Positions 1 through 13,192 of a stretch of 64,000 nucleotides of DNA are shown here, piece by piece. The translations under genes were made by a program, and so were the position numbers. The notes under the pieces were generated by a model. That model had not been told where the DNA came from. It saw only the letters and a list, made by a program, of their open reading frames with translations, and searched no databases. Position 1 is the stretch's first letter; each line of letters starts with the position of its first letter. The stretch is from Octopus vulgaris (Eukaryota), in the NCBI GenBank assembly GCA_951406725.2, contig OX597828.1, positions 14,260,001 to 14,324,000 of the forward strand, given 5' to 3'.

Positions 1-426
1 AAGAATCCCAGTCATGAAGACATGATCATCTTGTCCTTTTCTCAGGCACAGCATATCTTGGACTACATATAATGTAGCCCTTTCAAGACATTAGGTTATA
101 AGAGATTTGGTTGTTATTTCTAGCAGATTAAAGGACCAATTTTTTTAAATCTTCCAATTCATTAGTACATTTAAAAGATTACAGAAGTTTGATAATTAGG
201 GTGTGAGGACTAGTGGTTAGGATGTAGGTTCAATTTCTGTATCAAGTAGCACTGTCTTTGAGCAAGGAACTTCATTTAACATTGGTCCAGTATCCTCAGC
301 TGATAATGAAGACCAGACAGGTCTTGGTCAAGCCCTCTCTCCCCTTGAGAATCTGTCCTAGCCATTCTGGCTTCCTGAAAACTTAAAATGATTTAAAAAA
401 AACGAAAAGAAAAGAAAAAAAATTAC

Positions 427-564
427 CTGGTCCAGTGATAGTAACTTTCATATCTCCATCACCAGCTCCTTTAGTATATACCTTGAAATCAGCATTGTCT
501 TTCACTCTAATACCTTTAGGTTGGATTCCACGACCAGTTGCATAACATTTCTTTGCATTTGATG
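427..564 (-). CDS. FLNA: Filamin coding exon 7 (Ig repeat 3); gene continues beyond the left edge; absent from the ORF track
   Basis: Acceptor tttaatag|CATCA; (A)[45 protein letters not shown]; donor CCAG|GTAATT; 138 nt, phase 1-1. Confidence 0.94.
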
Positions 565-703
565 CTATTAAATTTAAGAAAGAAAAAATAACAGTTAAAA
601 TATATATTTCTTTTAATCATTTCTTCAATGTATCTTCAAAGGCAAAATTATTTTAGTTGCTGTTGGCATTGTTACAAAAAGAAGGAAAAAAAAAATAACT
701 CAC

Positions 704-904
704 CAGTAGAAATAGTAACCGAAATAGGGGATCGTGGAATAGGTTGTCCACAAAAGACAATGCTAATTGTATGGACTCCAGGCACTTTAGGTGTATATTC
801 TACATGGTAAGTACCATCAGGCTGACGTGTCATCTTGGGCTTGATAGCATTTTGATTACCAGAGGGATCTGTGATGACAACACCCACTGGACCTTCTCCA
901 GCAT
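704..904 (-). CDS. FLNA: Filamin coding exon 6 (Ig repeat 2)
   Basis: Acceptor ctttgatag|ATGCT; (D)AGEGPVGVVITDPSG...DGTYHVEYTPKVPGVHTISIVFCGQPIPRSPISVTIST; donor CTG|GTGAGT; 201 nt, phase 1-1. Confidence 0.95.
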
Positions 905-1132
905 CTATCAAAGAGGACAAAAGTTATTGAGATATAAGTACAATATTTTGTGATTGGATATATCTAAAATTCTTTTATTTCTAAAATATTTAAGAAAATT
1001 TCCAGTAAAATTTTTGAAGGAATATTTCCAAACAAAATTTAAAGAGGAAATTTCAATGAAAATGTTTGAAGTAAAATGTTTTGCAAAGATAGAAAAACAA
1101 TTTGAAGGTGGCAAGGAAGAAAAAAAACTTAC

Positions 1133-1370
1133 CTTTCAGAGAAATGGTAAAGTGAGTCACTACGCTCACAACATTTCCTGGTTCCAGACCAGGACCAGCT
1201 GCTTTGACCTTTGAGGGATCTCCAGCAGGAGCAGAAACTGCAACCGGAAACGGACTCTTAGGAATTTCCTTGCCTGAGTATTTGATGATTACCTTGTAAC
1301 TCCCTTCAACTTTAGGAGTGTACGTACAAGTGTACGTGAGGTGTTTGTCTTGGTTGAAAACAACCTCACA
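1133..1370 (-). CDS. FLNA: Filamin coding exon 5 (Ig repeats 1-2)
   Basis: Acceptor ttttcag|TGTGAG; CEVVFNQDKHLTYTCTYTPKVEGSYKVIIKYSGKEIPKSPF...DPSKVKAAGPGLEPG...FTISLK; donor AAAG|GTAAGT; 238 nt, phase 0-1. Confidence 0.95.
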
Positions 1371-2256
1371 CTGAAAAGAGGAAAAGAGGAGCAACAATAA
1401 AACCATTAATCAGAACAAAAAAAATGCATAGTAAAAGGAAAAAAAAAAAACTTAATTTTAATCTTATGAAATTAAATAACATTTTTAACTATTACTACTG
1501 ATTTTCAATAATGTCCTTTTGATTTAAAAAATATAAGCATACAGACATGGCTGTGTGGTTAAGAGCTTTGCATCCCAATCCTGTAGCATCAGGTTCAATC
1601 ACTCAGTGCATCCCTTGACCAAGTGTCATTTATAGTGTCAAGTTAACCAAGTGAATGGATTTATGAATGGATTTGATAAACAGAAACCGAAAGAAGCTCA
1701 TGTGTTTTCTTCATTATCACAATAGTTGTAAATGAGTTACTGTCATATGAGTGGTGTTTGTTTCCAATCTTTCATGTCCAGCCATGGGGAAAATAATACT
1801 CTACATGGAAACTGGTAGGGAGCAGTGATAGGAAGAATATTCAACCATAGAAAATTTGCCTCAATGGACATCACCTACACCATGCAAGCACAGAAAAGTT
1901 AGAATGTAGAGTTTGATTTTGTATGTATAAAAAAACAAATAATAATAATAATGGTTTCGAATTTTGGCACAAGCCCAGCAGTTTTTGGGGGAAGGGCTAA
2001 ATTGATTACATTGACCCTAGTACTGGGCTGGTACTTTTATTGATCCTGGAAAGTTGACTGCAGAATTTTAACTCTGAACGTAATGATGGATGAAATGCCA
2101 CCAAGCATTTGGTTCAGAGTGCTGAGGATTCTGCCAGCTTGCCACCTTAATAATAGTAGTAATGATAAATGTAATTGTAATAATAAGTGTAACAGTAATA
2201 ATAAGTGTAACAGTAATAATAATAGTATAACAGTAATAATAAAAAGTTCTACTCAC

Positions 2257-2523
2257 TGGCTCCTTCTGACCCTTGGGATTGAGGACAAGTGGTTCAAGAG
2301 TTCCTTGTCCAGCACTAAATGTCTCCACAGTAAACGACGTCTTGGCTCCTTTCGTGTTACCAGTAGGTTCGATACCAGGACCATAGGCACGCACCCGATT
2401 GGGGTTAAGACGAGGCCTAAGGGGAGCTTGAGGATTCAGTTTGCAGTTGGGGAACTGGGATAGATACGTCATCATACTCATTTCATCAATCTTCGGGTTG
2501 TTCATTTCTGCTGGTTTAATTAG
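2257..2523 (-). CDS. FLNA: Filamin coding exon 4 (end of CH2, start of Ig repeat 1)
   Basis: Acceptor ctacag|CTAATT; LIKPAEMNNPKIDEMSMMTYLSQFP...RVRAYGPGIEPTGN...FTVETFSAGQG...GQKEP; donor CCA|GTGAGT; 267 nt, phase 0-0. Confidence 0.96.
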
Positions 2524-2903
2524 CTGTAGATGAACAGAGAATAAACAAAACATGCGTGAAGATTTTTACTGAAGATTTTATAGTATTACAAATCCTTTTT
2601 ACACCAGAAAATTTACAATAATCTAAAATTTCAGAGATGCATTGTTCTGCACGTTGTTTGATCCGAGACTGTGTTGAAACTGTAACAATTACTCCATGGA
2701 AAACACAGTTAAGAAAAAAAATAAAATTAAAAAAAAAAAAAACCTAATTTCCTTTAAACATTTGGTATCAAAATTTTTGCTGCACTAACTGAGACCAGGT
2801 CATTGATGCAGTTCTACAGTTGCAGTTAGTGCAATGGAAATTTTGACACCAAAATAGTAAATGTTTAAGTTACCATTCTTTGGTCTGTTTCTGAATTATT
2901 ATG

Positions 2904-2904
<1 letters not shown>

Positions 2905-2941
<37 letters not shown>

Positions 2942-4120
2942 TGTGTAAAGTGCTCAGGTGCACTACAACTCATCTAAAGTGTATATATAATCAGGTGTAG
3001 TTTCGGCGGATTTCGGAAAGCATGAGGGCCTTAAAGGATGCAGTGTCATGGCAGTCAACAACTGACGCAGGCAGTTTATTCCAAGTTTCAGCAACTCTGA
3101 GCGTGAAAAAATGTTTCCGAAAGTCATGGGAGCTGTGTTGTTTTCTGACTTTGTAGGCATGTCCACGTGTGTTAGACACATGGAGATCAAAAAGGTGTTC
3201 AGTGTTGTTGGTGAGGTGGTTGATAACTTTGTGGGTGTTTACCAAGTCCGTCGCCAGACGCCGGAGCTTCAGTGAATCCATGCCCAGGGAAACAAGGCGC
3301 TCAGAATATGGTAGGTGTCTGATGGAGGGTATGCGTTTGGTTGCACGTCTCTGGACAGATTCCAGGAGGTCAATGTTCTGAGCAAGATAGGGGTTCCAAA
3401 CTGATGATGTGAATTCCAAGTGTGGTCGTACCATAGCTGTATACAGTTTTAAATAGATGGCTGGAGAGCGGCTAACAAAAGTCTTGCTGAGTGATGCCAA
3501 GACACCCTCGGCCTTAGAGATATGCTTTGTCCAACGCAAATCACTGCTGACAGTGATGCCTAGGTCACGCTCGCAAGAGGATTTCTTGATATTAGTGTTG
3601 TGGAGGGAGTATGTGGACGCAGGGTTTTTCTCCCAAAATGCATGGTGGTACACTTGTCCACAGCCAGTTTCAGTTGCCAGTCTGTGATCCATTGCTGCAT
3701 TGTGTCTAGGTCTGATTGCAGGAAAGAGTTGTAGACATCAGGATCTGTCCTCTTGATTTCAAGGTACAGCTTGATATCGTCTGCATATTTCAATACTGTG
3801 GCATTCTTTAAATTGGCATCTATGTCATTAATGTATGCCACAAACAAGAGGGGACCAAGGACAGATCCCTGTGGTACACCCGATGACATCTCATATGGTG
3901 TAGAGTGCTGTCCTAGAACTGTGACTACCTCCTTTCGGCTGAGGATGAAGGATTTCAACCAGTTAAAAAGGTCATCCCCCACACCCATTGCAGAGAGTTT
4001 CACCATAAGCCTTTTGTGTGGCACAGAGTTGAAAGCCTTAGCAAAGTCAAGGTAGACAACATCCACCCATGAGCCACTGTCAGTGATCTGAGTAATGTCC
4101 TCAAGGAACTCGACAAGCTG
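2905..4120 (-). mobile_element. 5'-truncated CR1/L2/jockey-group LINE (RT + C-terminal region, one frameshift) with (TTA)n tail
   Basis: Motifs VDVVYLDFAKAF, SGVPQGSVLGPLLF, KYADDIKLY, ERDLGITV, RPHLEF..SVWNPY, LESVQRRATKRIP, TRGH, FFTLRVAETWNKLP across ORFs 3560-4066 and 2991-3692. Frameshift near 3630; stop at 2991; 3' hairpin at 2949-2964; (TAA)n at 2905-2942. Confidence 0.92.
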
Positions 4121-5010
4121 ATCACTGCAGCTGGAGTTATGTCTTCAACACTGTAGTAATTTTAAAATTTTACACAATGTAAACCTCAAATTTCCCAATT
4201 CAAAATTTTCAGAAATTCAAATCTGACCATACATATTGGTGTTTAAAATAACAGATTGGTAAGATGATAACTCCACAATGCCCTATTTTATTATGTAATA
4301 CATATCATATCAAAACACTTTTCACATTTCTCATAGTTTTTTCTTTCTTTTTTTTTTTTTCTTTTTAAGTTTTATTTTTATTACATGGATCACTTTGCAG
4401 GTACAAAGTTCACAGCAGATACTTTCCTGTAATTTAAGAATGAGGTTTTTTTTTCTGCCTGCAAGAGATGAGCCACAAAAGCTGTTCACGTTTAAAACAA
4501 TCCTCAGCTAATTAATATCCAGTCCAGTCCTGAGCAACACAGGCATTTGATCAAAGGTATTCTAATCATGACCAACACATCTTTTTTGTCTATTCAATGT
4601 AGCCTTCATTTTCGAAAAAGAAAAAAGTACGACTCATGACCTGGTTGTTATTTCTATCAAGTCAAGCAACCAGGCAGAAGCTCTCCTTTTGGTTTGTGCA
4701 TTCTTCATTTTTATGTATTTGTAACCCATGTGATTACTCCAGTAAGGTTTCACCAAGATATACTTGTACAAATGCTACATGAGCAAGTCAATGGCCCACA
4801 CAATAATACTGCTGCCAATGCGAGGCTATCACTTGGAGATTTTTGGTGGAATTTAAGCCAATTTAGATCTTACACCCAGTATAGAACATGACCTGGTTTT
4901 GACCATTTCAAGAAACATCACCTTTGAATATTGCCTTGAATATGCTAACAGATACATATTTTTCCAAATAGTTATATAAGTAATGAGAGAAATGGGGAAC
5001 AAAAACTTAC

Positions 5011-5108
5011 TTGTGGCACATCTAACCATTTCTCTGCAGCTTCCATAGCTTCCTTAGCATTCTTCAGTTTGTTTTTGGGTGCCCAATCAGCCCAGTCGGG
5101 ACACAGAC
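5011..5108 (-). CDS. FLNA: Filamin coding exon 3 (CH2); absent from the ORF track
   Basis: Acceptor ttttaattag|GTCTG; (G)LCPDWADWAPKNKLKNAKEAMEAAEKWLDVPQ; donor CAA|GTAAGT; 98 nt, phase 1-0. Confidence 0.95.
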
Positions 5109-5918
5109 CTAATTAAAAGAAAAAATATGAGGAAGTCAAATTAAATATGAAATAAAGCCTAACAAACAAGAAACAATCGTTTAATATCAAATTCATAATT
5201 GTAGTTTAAAGAATTTTATGTCTAGTTCTGACTTCTTTCCGACTTCGTAGAAGAAAGTTAAATCTGGGTGAAGTTTAAGATATATCACAAGAAGTTTTTT
5301 GCCAAAGGTTAACCTCATTTGAGTAAACCCATGGTCAAAGATGACCCAGCTGTGATCATTACAATTTTGCTCATTTATTATAAAGATGATTGTGTTGAGG
5401 GAGATTTGGCTGTTATTTCGAGAAAATTAAATGAATGCATAGAGACTCCCTCACTGACTGACTGGCTTGTATGTCAGTTAGCCAGAGGGTCCCCTTTGGA
5501 ATTTTTTATGCCTACTTTAGTGAATATAAACGCTGGAATCAAGACCAAGCCATAAATATTGTACACCGACTTCTATACAACCATCACCCCGACAATTGTT
5601 ACAATTCCTTGATATGCTTCCACTAAAGTTTGAATGCTGTTGAGTTATTCTTAATATTATAATTTTCTGCAGAAATTCAAATTTCCATTTATGGATGAAA
5701 CTGGAAGGTTCCTTTAGAAACAGTAGGCAGAAGTTATCATGTGTGTACATGTATGAGTGCTTCTGCCTCCTAACAGAGTAAGCACACCTTGGACAAACTG
5801 CATTGGCTGTGATATTGCCCCATGCTTAGCTTTGGTAAGTTAGAAAAAAAAAAAAAAAAAAAAAATGTAACAGCTACCTAAAATATCTTTTTTTTAAAAA
5901 TATTGTATTGTATTTTAC

Positions 5919-6170
5919 CTGGTCCGCAAGCATCAACCAAAGCACCAATTGCTCGGCCATCGTTCCAATCAGTAGTGAAGTTATTAATTGGCAAATCTCC
6001 ACATTTGCCTTGGATCCAGTTAAGAAGCCTTTGTTTAGGAGTGGGACCTCCAGCACCTGGTGCTGGTTCTTCCCCTTCCCACATAGGCATCGAGATGGAA
6101 TAGTGAAGAATAAGAGTCCATATTAGACCCAAAATCAGCTTAAGCTTCTGATCAACAATATCACCACTGT
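5919..6170 (-). CDS. FLNA: Filamin coding exon 2 (end of CH1, start of CH2)
   Basis: Acceptor ttttcag|ACAGT; (D)[33 protein letters not shown]...[11 protein letters not shown]...[21 protein letters not shown]; donor CCAG|GTAAAA; 252 nt, phase 1-1. Confidence 0.96.
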
Positions 6171-7376
6171 CTGAAAAATTAAATAAACGATTCATATTTA
6201 GTATATATGTTAACAGTCAAATACCGGATTTTTAAAAAAATTCAAAAATTTTCACAATGCTTTTATTAAAAACATAATTCAAAATATAAACAATGACAAG
6301 TTTCCAAAATAGTCAGAAATAACTTATGGTTTTATAAACAAAGATTTAGAATAACTTAGCCAAAATGTCAGCCACAGTCAAAGATCAAATTCCTCCAAGT
6401 TTTATTATGTAGTTCTGGGTCAATCATTGGATCAAGCCATGAAAAACAAATTTTATACAGTTATTTAAAAAGATTTTGTTAATTATTAGAAATAGTGGTA
6501 TAAGCCACTTTTCTCAATTCTGCACCCTCCACTCAATCAAAGGGTTTTATCTTGCAGACTATGTGTCAACCACATTGATCCTGAGCAACATGGAAAACAC
6601 CCAGCACATTCTGTAAAGTGGTTGACCTTAGGAAGGGAATCCACCAGTAGAAACCATGCCAAAACAGACACAGGAACTCAACAAAGTCCTCCAACCTATC
6701 AAACCATCCAATCAATGCCAGTATGGAATATGGACACTAAATGATAATGTAATAATTGTAGAAATTAGAAGTTTAGATTAGCTTTTGGATATATTTTTCA
6801 GACTTGTTTTACAGTTTTTTTTGTTATTTAATAATCAGCAAAAAAAAAAGTTGGGTTTTCTCCCCCCACAAAATAAAAAAAAAAAATCTTTGGTATTTGT
6901 TCCCAATACATATAAAAGATTTTTATATTCTTTGGAAGTCACAAATACTAAAAGTTTTATTAATGGATTTTAAATTATTTCGCTCAAATATCATGGAGAG
7001 TAAACATGTCATTACAAGGATAGAAAAATAAAAACCAACAGGGAATTAACAAACATTGACTACGGCACCTTAATTATAGTGTAGAAGAATCCAAATATTC
7101 AGTTTTCAACTAAAACAACACAAATGAGTTCCCAAGACAATTTACTTAAGAAAAAAAATAAAAATAAAAAAGAATTGTAGTCCAAGACAAAAATAATCAA
7201 CCAGAATCCTAATTTGGATGTCTGCAATTCTGATAACCAAAAGGAAGAACTTATGAAAAGACCTAAATGAAAAGTGGATTTGAGTCATTTTGTTATTCTT
7301 CATGCTTTCACAAACTACCATGACTCATATCAGGGACACCAGGCTGCTACTACTGTTGCTGCAGATTACTTTACAT

Positions 7377-7703
7377 CAGTGGTTCTCAGCTGGGGTCCAT
7401 ATGCCCCCCCCCCCAAAGAGTCCATGTAAGAGTTTTGGTGGGTCCACAACAAAATAGTAAATTGGGGGTCCACAATGGTATTTTAAGGGTCCCTGAAAAA
7501 AATTTTGCCTAAGATGTATGTATTGGTATATATTGCAAGAAACAGCTAGGTTTCTTTAACATTTTACATAATTCAACCTCCACAAGTTAATGTGTGAAAA
7601 CCAAAATAGAAATTTTGAAAGAAGTTTGGCTATGGGGGTCCACTAGAATAAAATAGTAATGAAATGGGTCCATAGATTTTTAAAAAATGGTTGAGAACTA
7701 CAG
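7377..7703. mobile_element. hAT (Charlie-like) MITE
   Basis: TIRs CAGTGGTTCTCAGC / GTTGAGAACTACAG; 8-bp TSD CTTTACAT (7369-7376) / CTTTACAC (7704-7711); internal GGGGTCCA repeats. Confidence 0.85.
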
Positions 7704-9421
7704 CTTTACACCCTAAATGTCTGGAGTATCTAGTAATCTATTTTAGACAGCAGTCAAAAACTGAGTGGGCGAGCTGGCATGGTGTGTGTGTATGGTGGGA
7801 GAGATTTCATTAACCAAACCCATCTTTCGACATTTGTAGCCTTATGTCAATGATAGAATTCATTACCATACAAAATATATTCCCATGACAATGTTTTTGA
7901 TCCTAAAACCCCTTCACTTACACCACACTGTCATCAGAATTATAATTTTGGTGGAGGTTTTAGAGTGTCAGACAATGCTAAGCAGTAATTGTCTTGAATC
8001 TTTAAATTGCTGATTTCAAATCACTCAGAATCCAATTTTGCTTTTTATCCTTACAGGGTCAATGAAATTAAAGTACCAGTCAAGAACTGGGTTGATGGTA
8101 TCAACTGACTCCCTTGCCTACATTTCAGGCCATGTGTCTCTCCTAAAGTCATCATTACTATGGCAGTGAGCAGGTAGACCTGTTAGTGCAAAGAAAATAC
8201 TTCCAGCTCTTTATATTCTAAGTTCAAATTCCTGCCACAATCATGGCCTTTTATCCTTTCAGGATTGATTAAAGTCAAGTACCAGTCAAGTACTGGGGGA
8301 GTCAATGAAATCAAATGACCCCCCTTAAAACTGCTGGCTGTGTGCCTATAATAGAAGCAATTATTACATAACCCTATACCTAACTTAATATTTTGTTTAC
8401 TTTTCTTATTAAAAAAAAAAAAAAAAATCCCCACATATATCTAGGATTTATTTCCAAATTTGTAAAAAAAAAACAACTTAGAAAAACCATGTAATATGAA
8501 TACATGTAGTAAATGCTTCTTTCTCCTATCATTGTTAAAATTCCCTAAACAAGTAGCATATTTTGAAGAAATTGAGATTTGACAGATTACAGCAGTATTA
8601 CTAAAACTGTAAACCGATCAGCTTTAGGAATTTTCTGTACTAAATGTACAACTTTCAGAGTAAGACTTATTTCTCTTCAGTGTAGAATTTCAAAACACTA
8701 AGTATTCTTGTTTGGAATTCTTCAATTATCAACAATTATCAACAAATGGCTATGCTCTATGGATAATCTACTATAATAAAAGAGGTTAAACTGTTACTAC
8801 TTATGCAAAGTGGCAGAATTCTAATATATGATTTTTGATTTAAGCACAAGAGCAGCAATTTTGAGGTGGGTGGAGAAGTTAATACCATTGATTGCAGCAG
8901 GAGACTGGTCAATCTTGGAAAGATGAGAGGTAAAGCTGACCTTGACAAGAATTGGACTCAAAGTGGGACATAGTGAATAATGTCCAACATATGCACAAAT
9001 AGAATTACTGTGATTGGAATGTCTTTGATTAAGATCTGTTGAATCCAGATTCATCTGGAGTTAAACACCACAACTGACAACAAGTATCAGAAGTTTTAAG
9101 AATTTATTTTTTGAAACCTTAGTGTTGCTGCTATTTCTTCACGTGTCAATAACTGATAAGATAGAGGACTGAAAAACACTGATGTATGGAATGTATAAAT
9201 AGAAACAGAGGGAATATTTTTGCAAAATCCATATAGCGCTCCCTACTTCACCAGAAAATAAAAAATAAAATAAAGCTCTATATCACAATGCACCAACATG
9301 GGTCACAACCTACTTGCTACAAAAAATATTACATATTAGAAATAAATTAACTGCCGTGATTTTCAATATAAATTGATATGAGAAAAACATGATTATAGCC
9401 CTTCTCCACCTTGATGAGATT

Positions 9422-9656
9422 AGGTGGCGAGCTGGCAGAAACGTTAGCATGCCGGGCGAAATGCTTAGTGATATTTCGTCGGGCGCTGCATTCTGAGTTC
9501 AAATTCCGAAGTTGATTTTGCCTTTCATCCTTTCGGGGTCAATTAAATAAGTACCAGTTACACACTGGGGTCAATATAATCGACTTAATCTGTTTGTCTG
9601 TCCTTGTTTGTCCCCTCAGTGTGTAGCCCCTTGTGGGTAGTAAAAAAATAAGAAAT
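9422..9656 (+). mobile_element. tRNA-derived SINE family A (tail type 1)
   Basis: Head GGCGAGCTGGCAGAAACGTTAG (A-box-like) and GAGTTCAAATTCC (B box). Near-identical copies at 15311, 18175, 47717 and 55058. Confidence 0.85.
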
Positions 9657-10424
9657 ATGTATCATTTGAAGAGCAACTATTTTTCTTTTTTTTTTAAAGA
9701 AAATCACAAAGAAAGAAAGAAAAAAGAAAAATCAGTAGTTTCACTTCCTACTTCCTTATGTTATCAGGTTGAAAGTCTGACCTGATGACTTCATTGACAA
9801 ATGAACTGCTATGTGTCCCTTCATGGGAAAATGCAAAATTAATTTCCTCCACCGTTTTCCTTCAGTTTTTTTTTTCTCTCCCTGCCACCCCCACACAAGA
9901 TACCATCTTGGTATGATTTAGACAAGTTCACCACACCTGTCTTGGCACCAGAATGCATAGAAATAGAGAAAATACAACAAAGCATTTCGTTCCATGCCCT
10001 AACAAGTTCACTGTCCTGAACAGGTTATTTTATTTTATCAAAATATTTTATCTGATGTATCATAACGAATGTAAATTGTTGATGGGCCAGTTACTGCAGT
10101 ATTTATATCAAGACAACTACTGGAGTAATAGCCTATCATGAGTATGTATACATTAAGTATGATACGTAAGTAGCTATTTTAAATATTGCCTCAATTGTAT
10201 ATACTGAATTATCAGTTCATTGATCCCCACCACCCTGCCTCATAAGGATGAGAAGTGATATTGGTTTAATCAGAATTTGAACTATAATATAAAGAGTTGG
10301 AACAAATACTGCAAAGTATTTGCTCCGACACTAAAAAGTTTGCCACTTCCAACAAACATTTTCTCTTGGAAATCACAAACTATAACAATAGAAAAATAAA
10401 AATAAAATTTTACCTCTGTTTTAA

Positions 10425-10641
10425 CCCTTTCATTACTGTATTTATTTTGAGATGCTCTGTGTTTCTTTCAATTATTTTAGATATAACAAAGAATTTATCA
10501 AAATAACTTAGTTATTCAGCTAGTGTTAGGAACATAAATTGTGACTAAGGTTTAGCGGAAGATTTTAATTCAAACCTTATGAAAACAAGACATTTGTACT
10601 CAGATCCAGAGCCGGTTTCAGCCGGGTTGGTAACGAAAGGG
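10425..10641. mobile_element. piggyBac-type MITE
   Basis: TTAA on both sides; TIRs CCCTTTCATTAC / GTAACGAAAGGG. A diverged inverted relative lies at about 25830-25977. Confidence 0.85.
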
Positions 10642-13192
10642 TTAATTAACAGTCACTCTTGTACTTAATCAGACTAAAAATATATTGCTTTCGTTGCTAA
10701 TGAAATCAATACAGTTTATTTGTATCAATTGTCACGCACACTCATGGTACATGCAAGTCCTCTCCTTACTAGGATTATGTTGAGAAGTATATAAGTCAAA
10801 TAATTCAGTCACACACACAGTACAACTAAGTATACAATGCTACAAGCAAGCATTAATTAATTTAGCACTGTACAAATCAACTAATATTTCATTTCAGTCT
10901 TTCCATACCAATCATTGTGCAATTAAAATTTCTCCCATCGATACCTTTTTAACAAAAACAGGGATGAAAAAGCTTTCTGGAATAAAATTAATGAAATAAA
11001 TAAATGGAAACTGAACTGGTGAGTGTGGTATATTAAGGCACTACGACTCCCCAGACCCAAAATGTTTCAGCACATAAATTTACATCAAGGATCTTGCTAA
11101 CCAGATACAAAAATGAAGTGACATTTAAGCCTCACTGAAGAGGTACAATATGCTGAAATGTGTTTGGAATTATCTCCCATGCTTGTCAAATTTAAAATCA
11201 GTCAATGGTTAATTTTTTTGTTATTGCTTTTCCTCCTTTCCTCTATTTCTAGTTTTGCATTTTAATACTCTTGAATTACATATGTTAAAACTAACATAAT
11301 TATAGCTTATGCAGATGGTATCTCATTTATTCTCCATGATACACAGCCCAGTTATATACAACAACTAGCAACCATTGAAAGATAAAACCTAATCTTGTGG
11401 AAAGCAGCAGCAGCAGCAACAACAACAACGGTGCTTGGTCAGAGACTAGTTTGATAAATTGAAATGCCATGAGAAGTGGCAAGTCTAACAACCAACTCTC
11501 ATCTCAGAAAGAGAGGAAGAGAGAGAGTGTTGTTGCTAAGTAAACATCATCAGCATCATCATTTGACATCCATTTTCCATGCTGGCATGGGTCGGACAGT
11601 TTCATAGAAGCTGGCAAGGCCAGGAGCCACACCAGGTTCTCTCGTCTATTTTGGTTTCTAGAGCTGGATGCCCTTCTTAACACCAACCACTGATGTAGAG
11701 TTGTTCTGCATTGTTTCTCTCAATCTCCCGAGCAACAACACTATGTCCAGAGACAAGATGTCAACGGTGGGGTCAAATATGTGATCCCTCAGCAGGTATT
11801 CTTTGTCATTAATTTACATCTGGGTTTTCACTTGGATGAAATTTTGTGAGTATTCTATAGCTAGATGCACTTTCTGATTCCACCCTACCTTCATTTTTAT
11901 TGTTTATTGGGCAAGTGTATTCCACCAAGCTGTAGAAAATATTGTTTAATTTTGGGACACAAATGCCACCACTGCCCGAACAGTGTCAATATGAGGAAAT
12001 ACAAGAACACAAATACAGGGTGATTCAAAATGAATGGTGCAAAAAAGATGCATTTTCTTTTTGTATCTTTCAGTTTGAATTACTCTGTATACAATGCCGA
12101 ATTTCACTCAAAAGGAACAGATGAATTTGAGGCCAGTAGAAACCTTTTGCCCAATATGCTATACAATGGAATTGAAACAATATAGTTTCATAGTGACATT
12201 AACTACATAGACACGCCTGTATGTACAATTCAGTGAATAGTTTGAAGGCTATGTCAAGCTGATTAGGTCAGAATAATACCCAAACATATCTCGAATTGTT
12301 TCCCTGTACTTGAACAGAAAAGAGAAAAAAAATTAGTCATTGATTTAGTCTTTTGCTTACCACATTATCATTTCTAATTAACGTAATACAACCTGCATTA
12401 AATGTGTTAGCTATTGTTTTTTCTTTATTAGTTTTTTTTTAGTTTTTTTCCTTCATCTCTGAATCATTTATTTAAAAAACAGTCGAGGCTGATCCTACAC
12501 AGAAGCTTCGCTGATCAACCATCTAATTAATTTAATGTGAAATTATGTAAACTTAGTCAATAAGATTTGTGTAAAGCAGTAGCACTACTTTGCAGTCAAA
12601 ATATTTACAGTTCAAGGATAAATGGCGGGGGAGGGGGAAGATAGTAAAACACAAACCTAATAAAAAAGGTGAATTATAATCTATGCCATGTTAACTAAAC
12701 AACTTCAAATTTAATATGTAAGCATTTATTTTATAGAATATGGCAAGGGTGGATGAATAATATAAACACCACAATAGCTTAAATAATATATGGGAACAAT
12801 AATGTCATGAACTACATATATTTAGTCTATTAAAGAATTAAATGGGTTTATTAAATGCATTAAAATAAGAAAAATAATAGAGAGGACTACATAAGCTGAT
12901 TTCTTAGAAAAGGCGCTCCATGTAAGGTCATTCCATTTATCTTGTACTATATACATTAGCATAGGTTTTTTAGAATTTATTTTATTGCCATACCTAAAAG
13001 AAAATATGTAAAAAGTAAAAAAGAAGTGGGGAGTTTTGAAAACAGCATTTTCACACTACACCGTTTCTTCTTCCCACACAAACATCCCAACTGGCAAGCG
13101 ACTGACAGTGGCAGCAGCAGTAGCGGTAGCAGCAATGACAAAAGTCAACAGTTTGTCAGAAAAGGCTGGGTTAATTATAGCAGGAAATCATG

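Noticed and set aside
3169-4055. Plus-strand ORFs over the LINE and over filamin exons
   Set aside because: Antisense shadows of real coding frames.
9765-9815. CTGATGA hammerhead-like motif
   Set aside because: No GAAA after the putative stem II and no consistent three-way junction.
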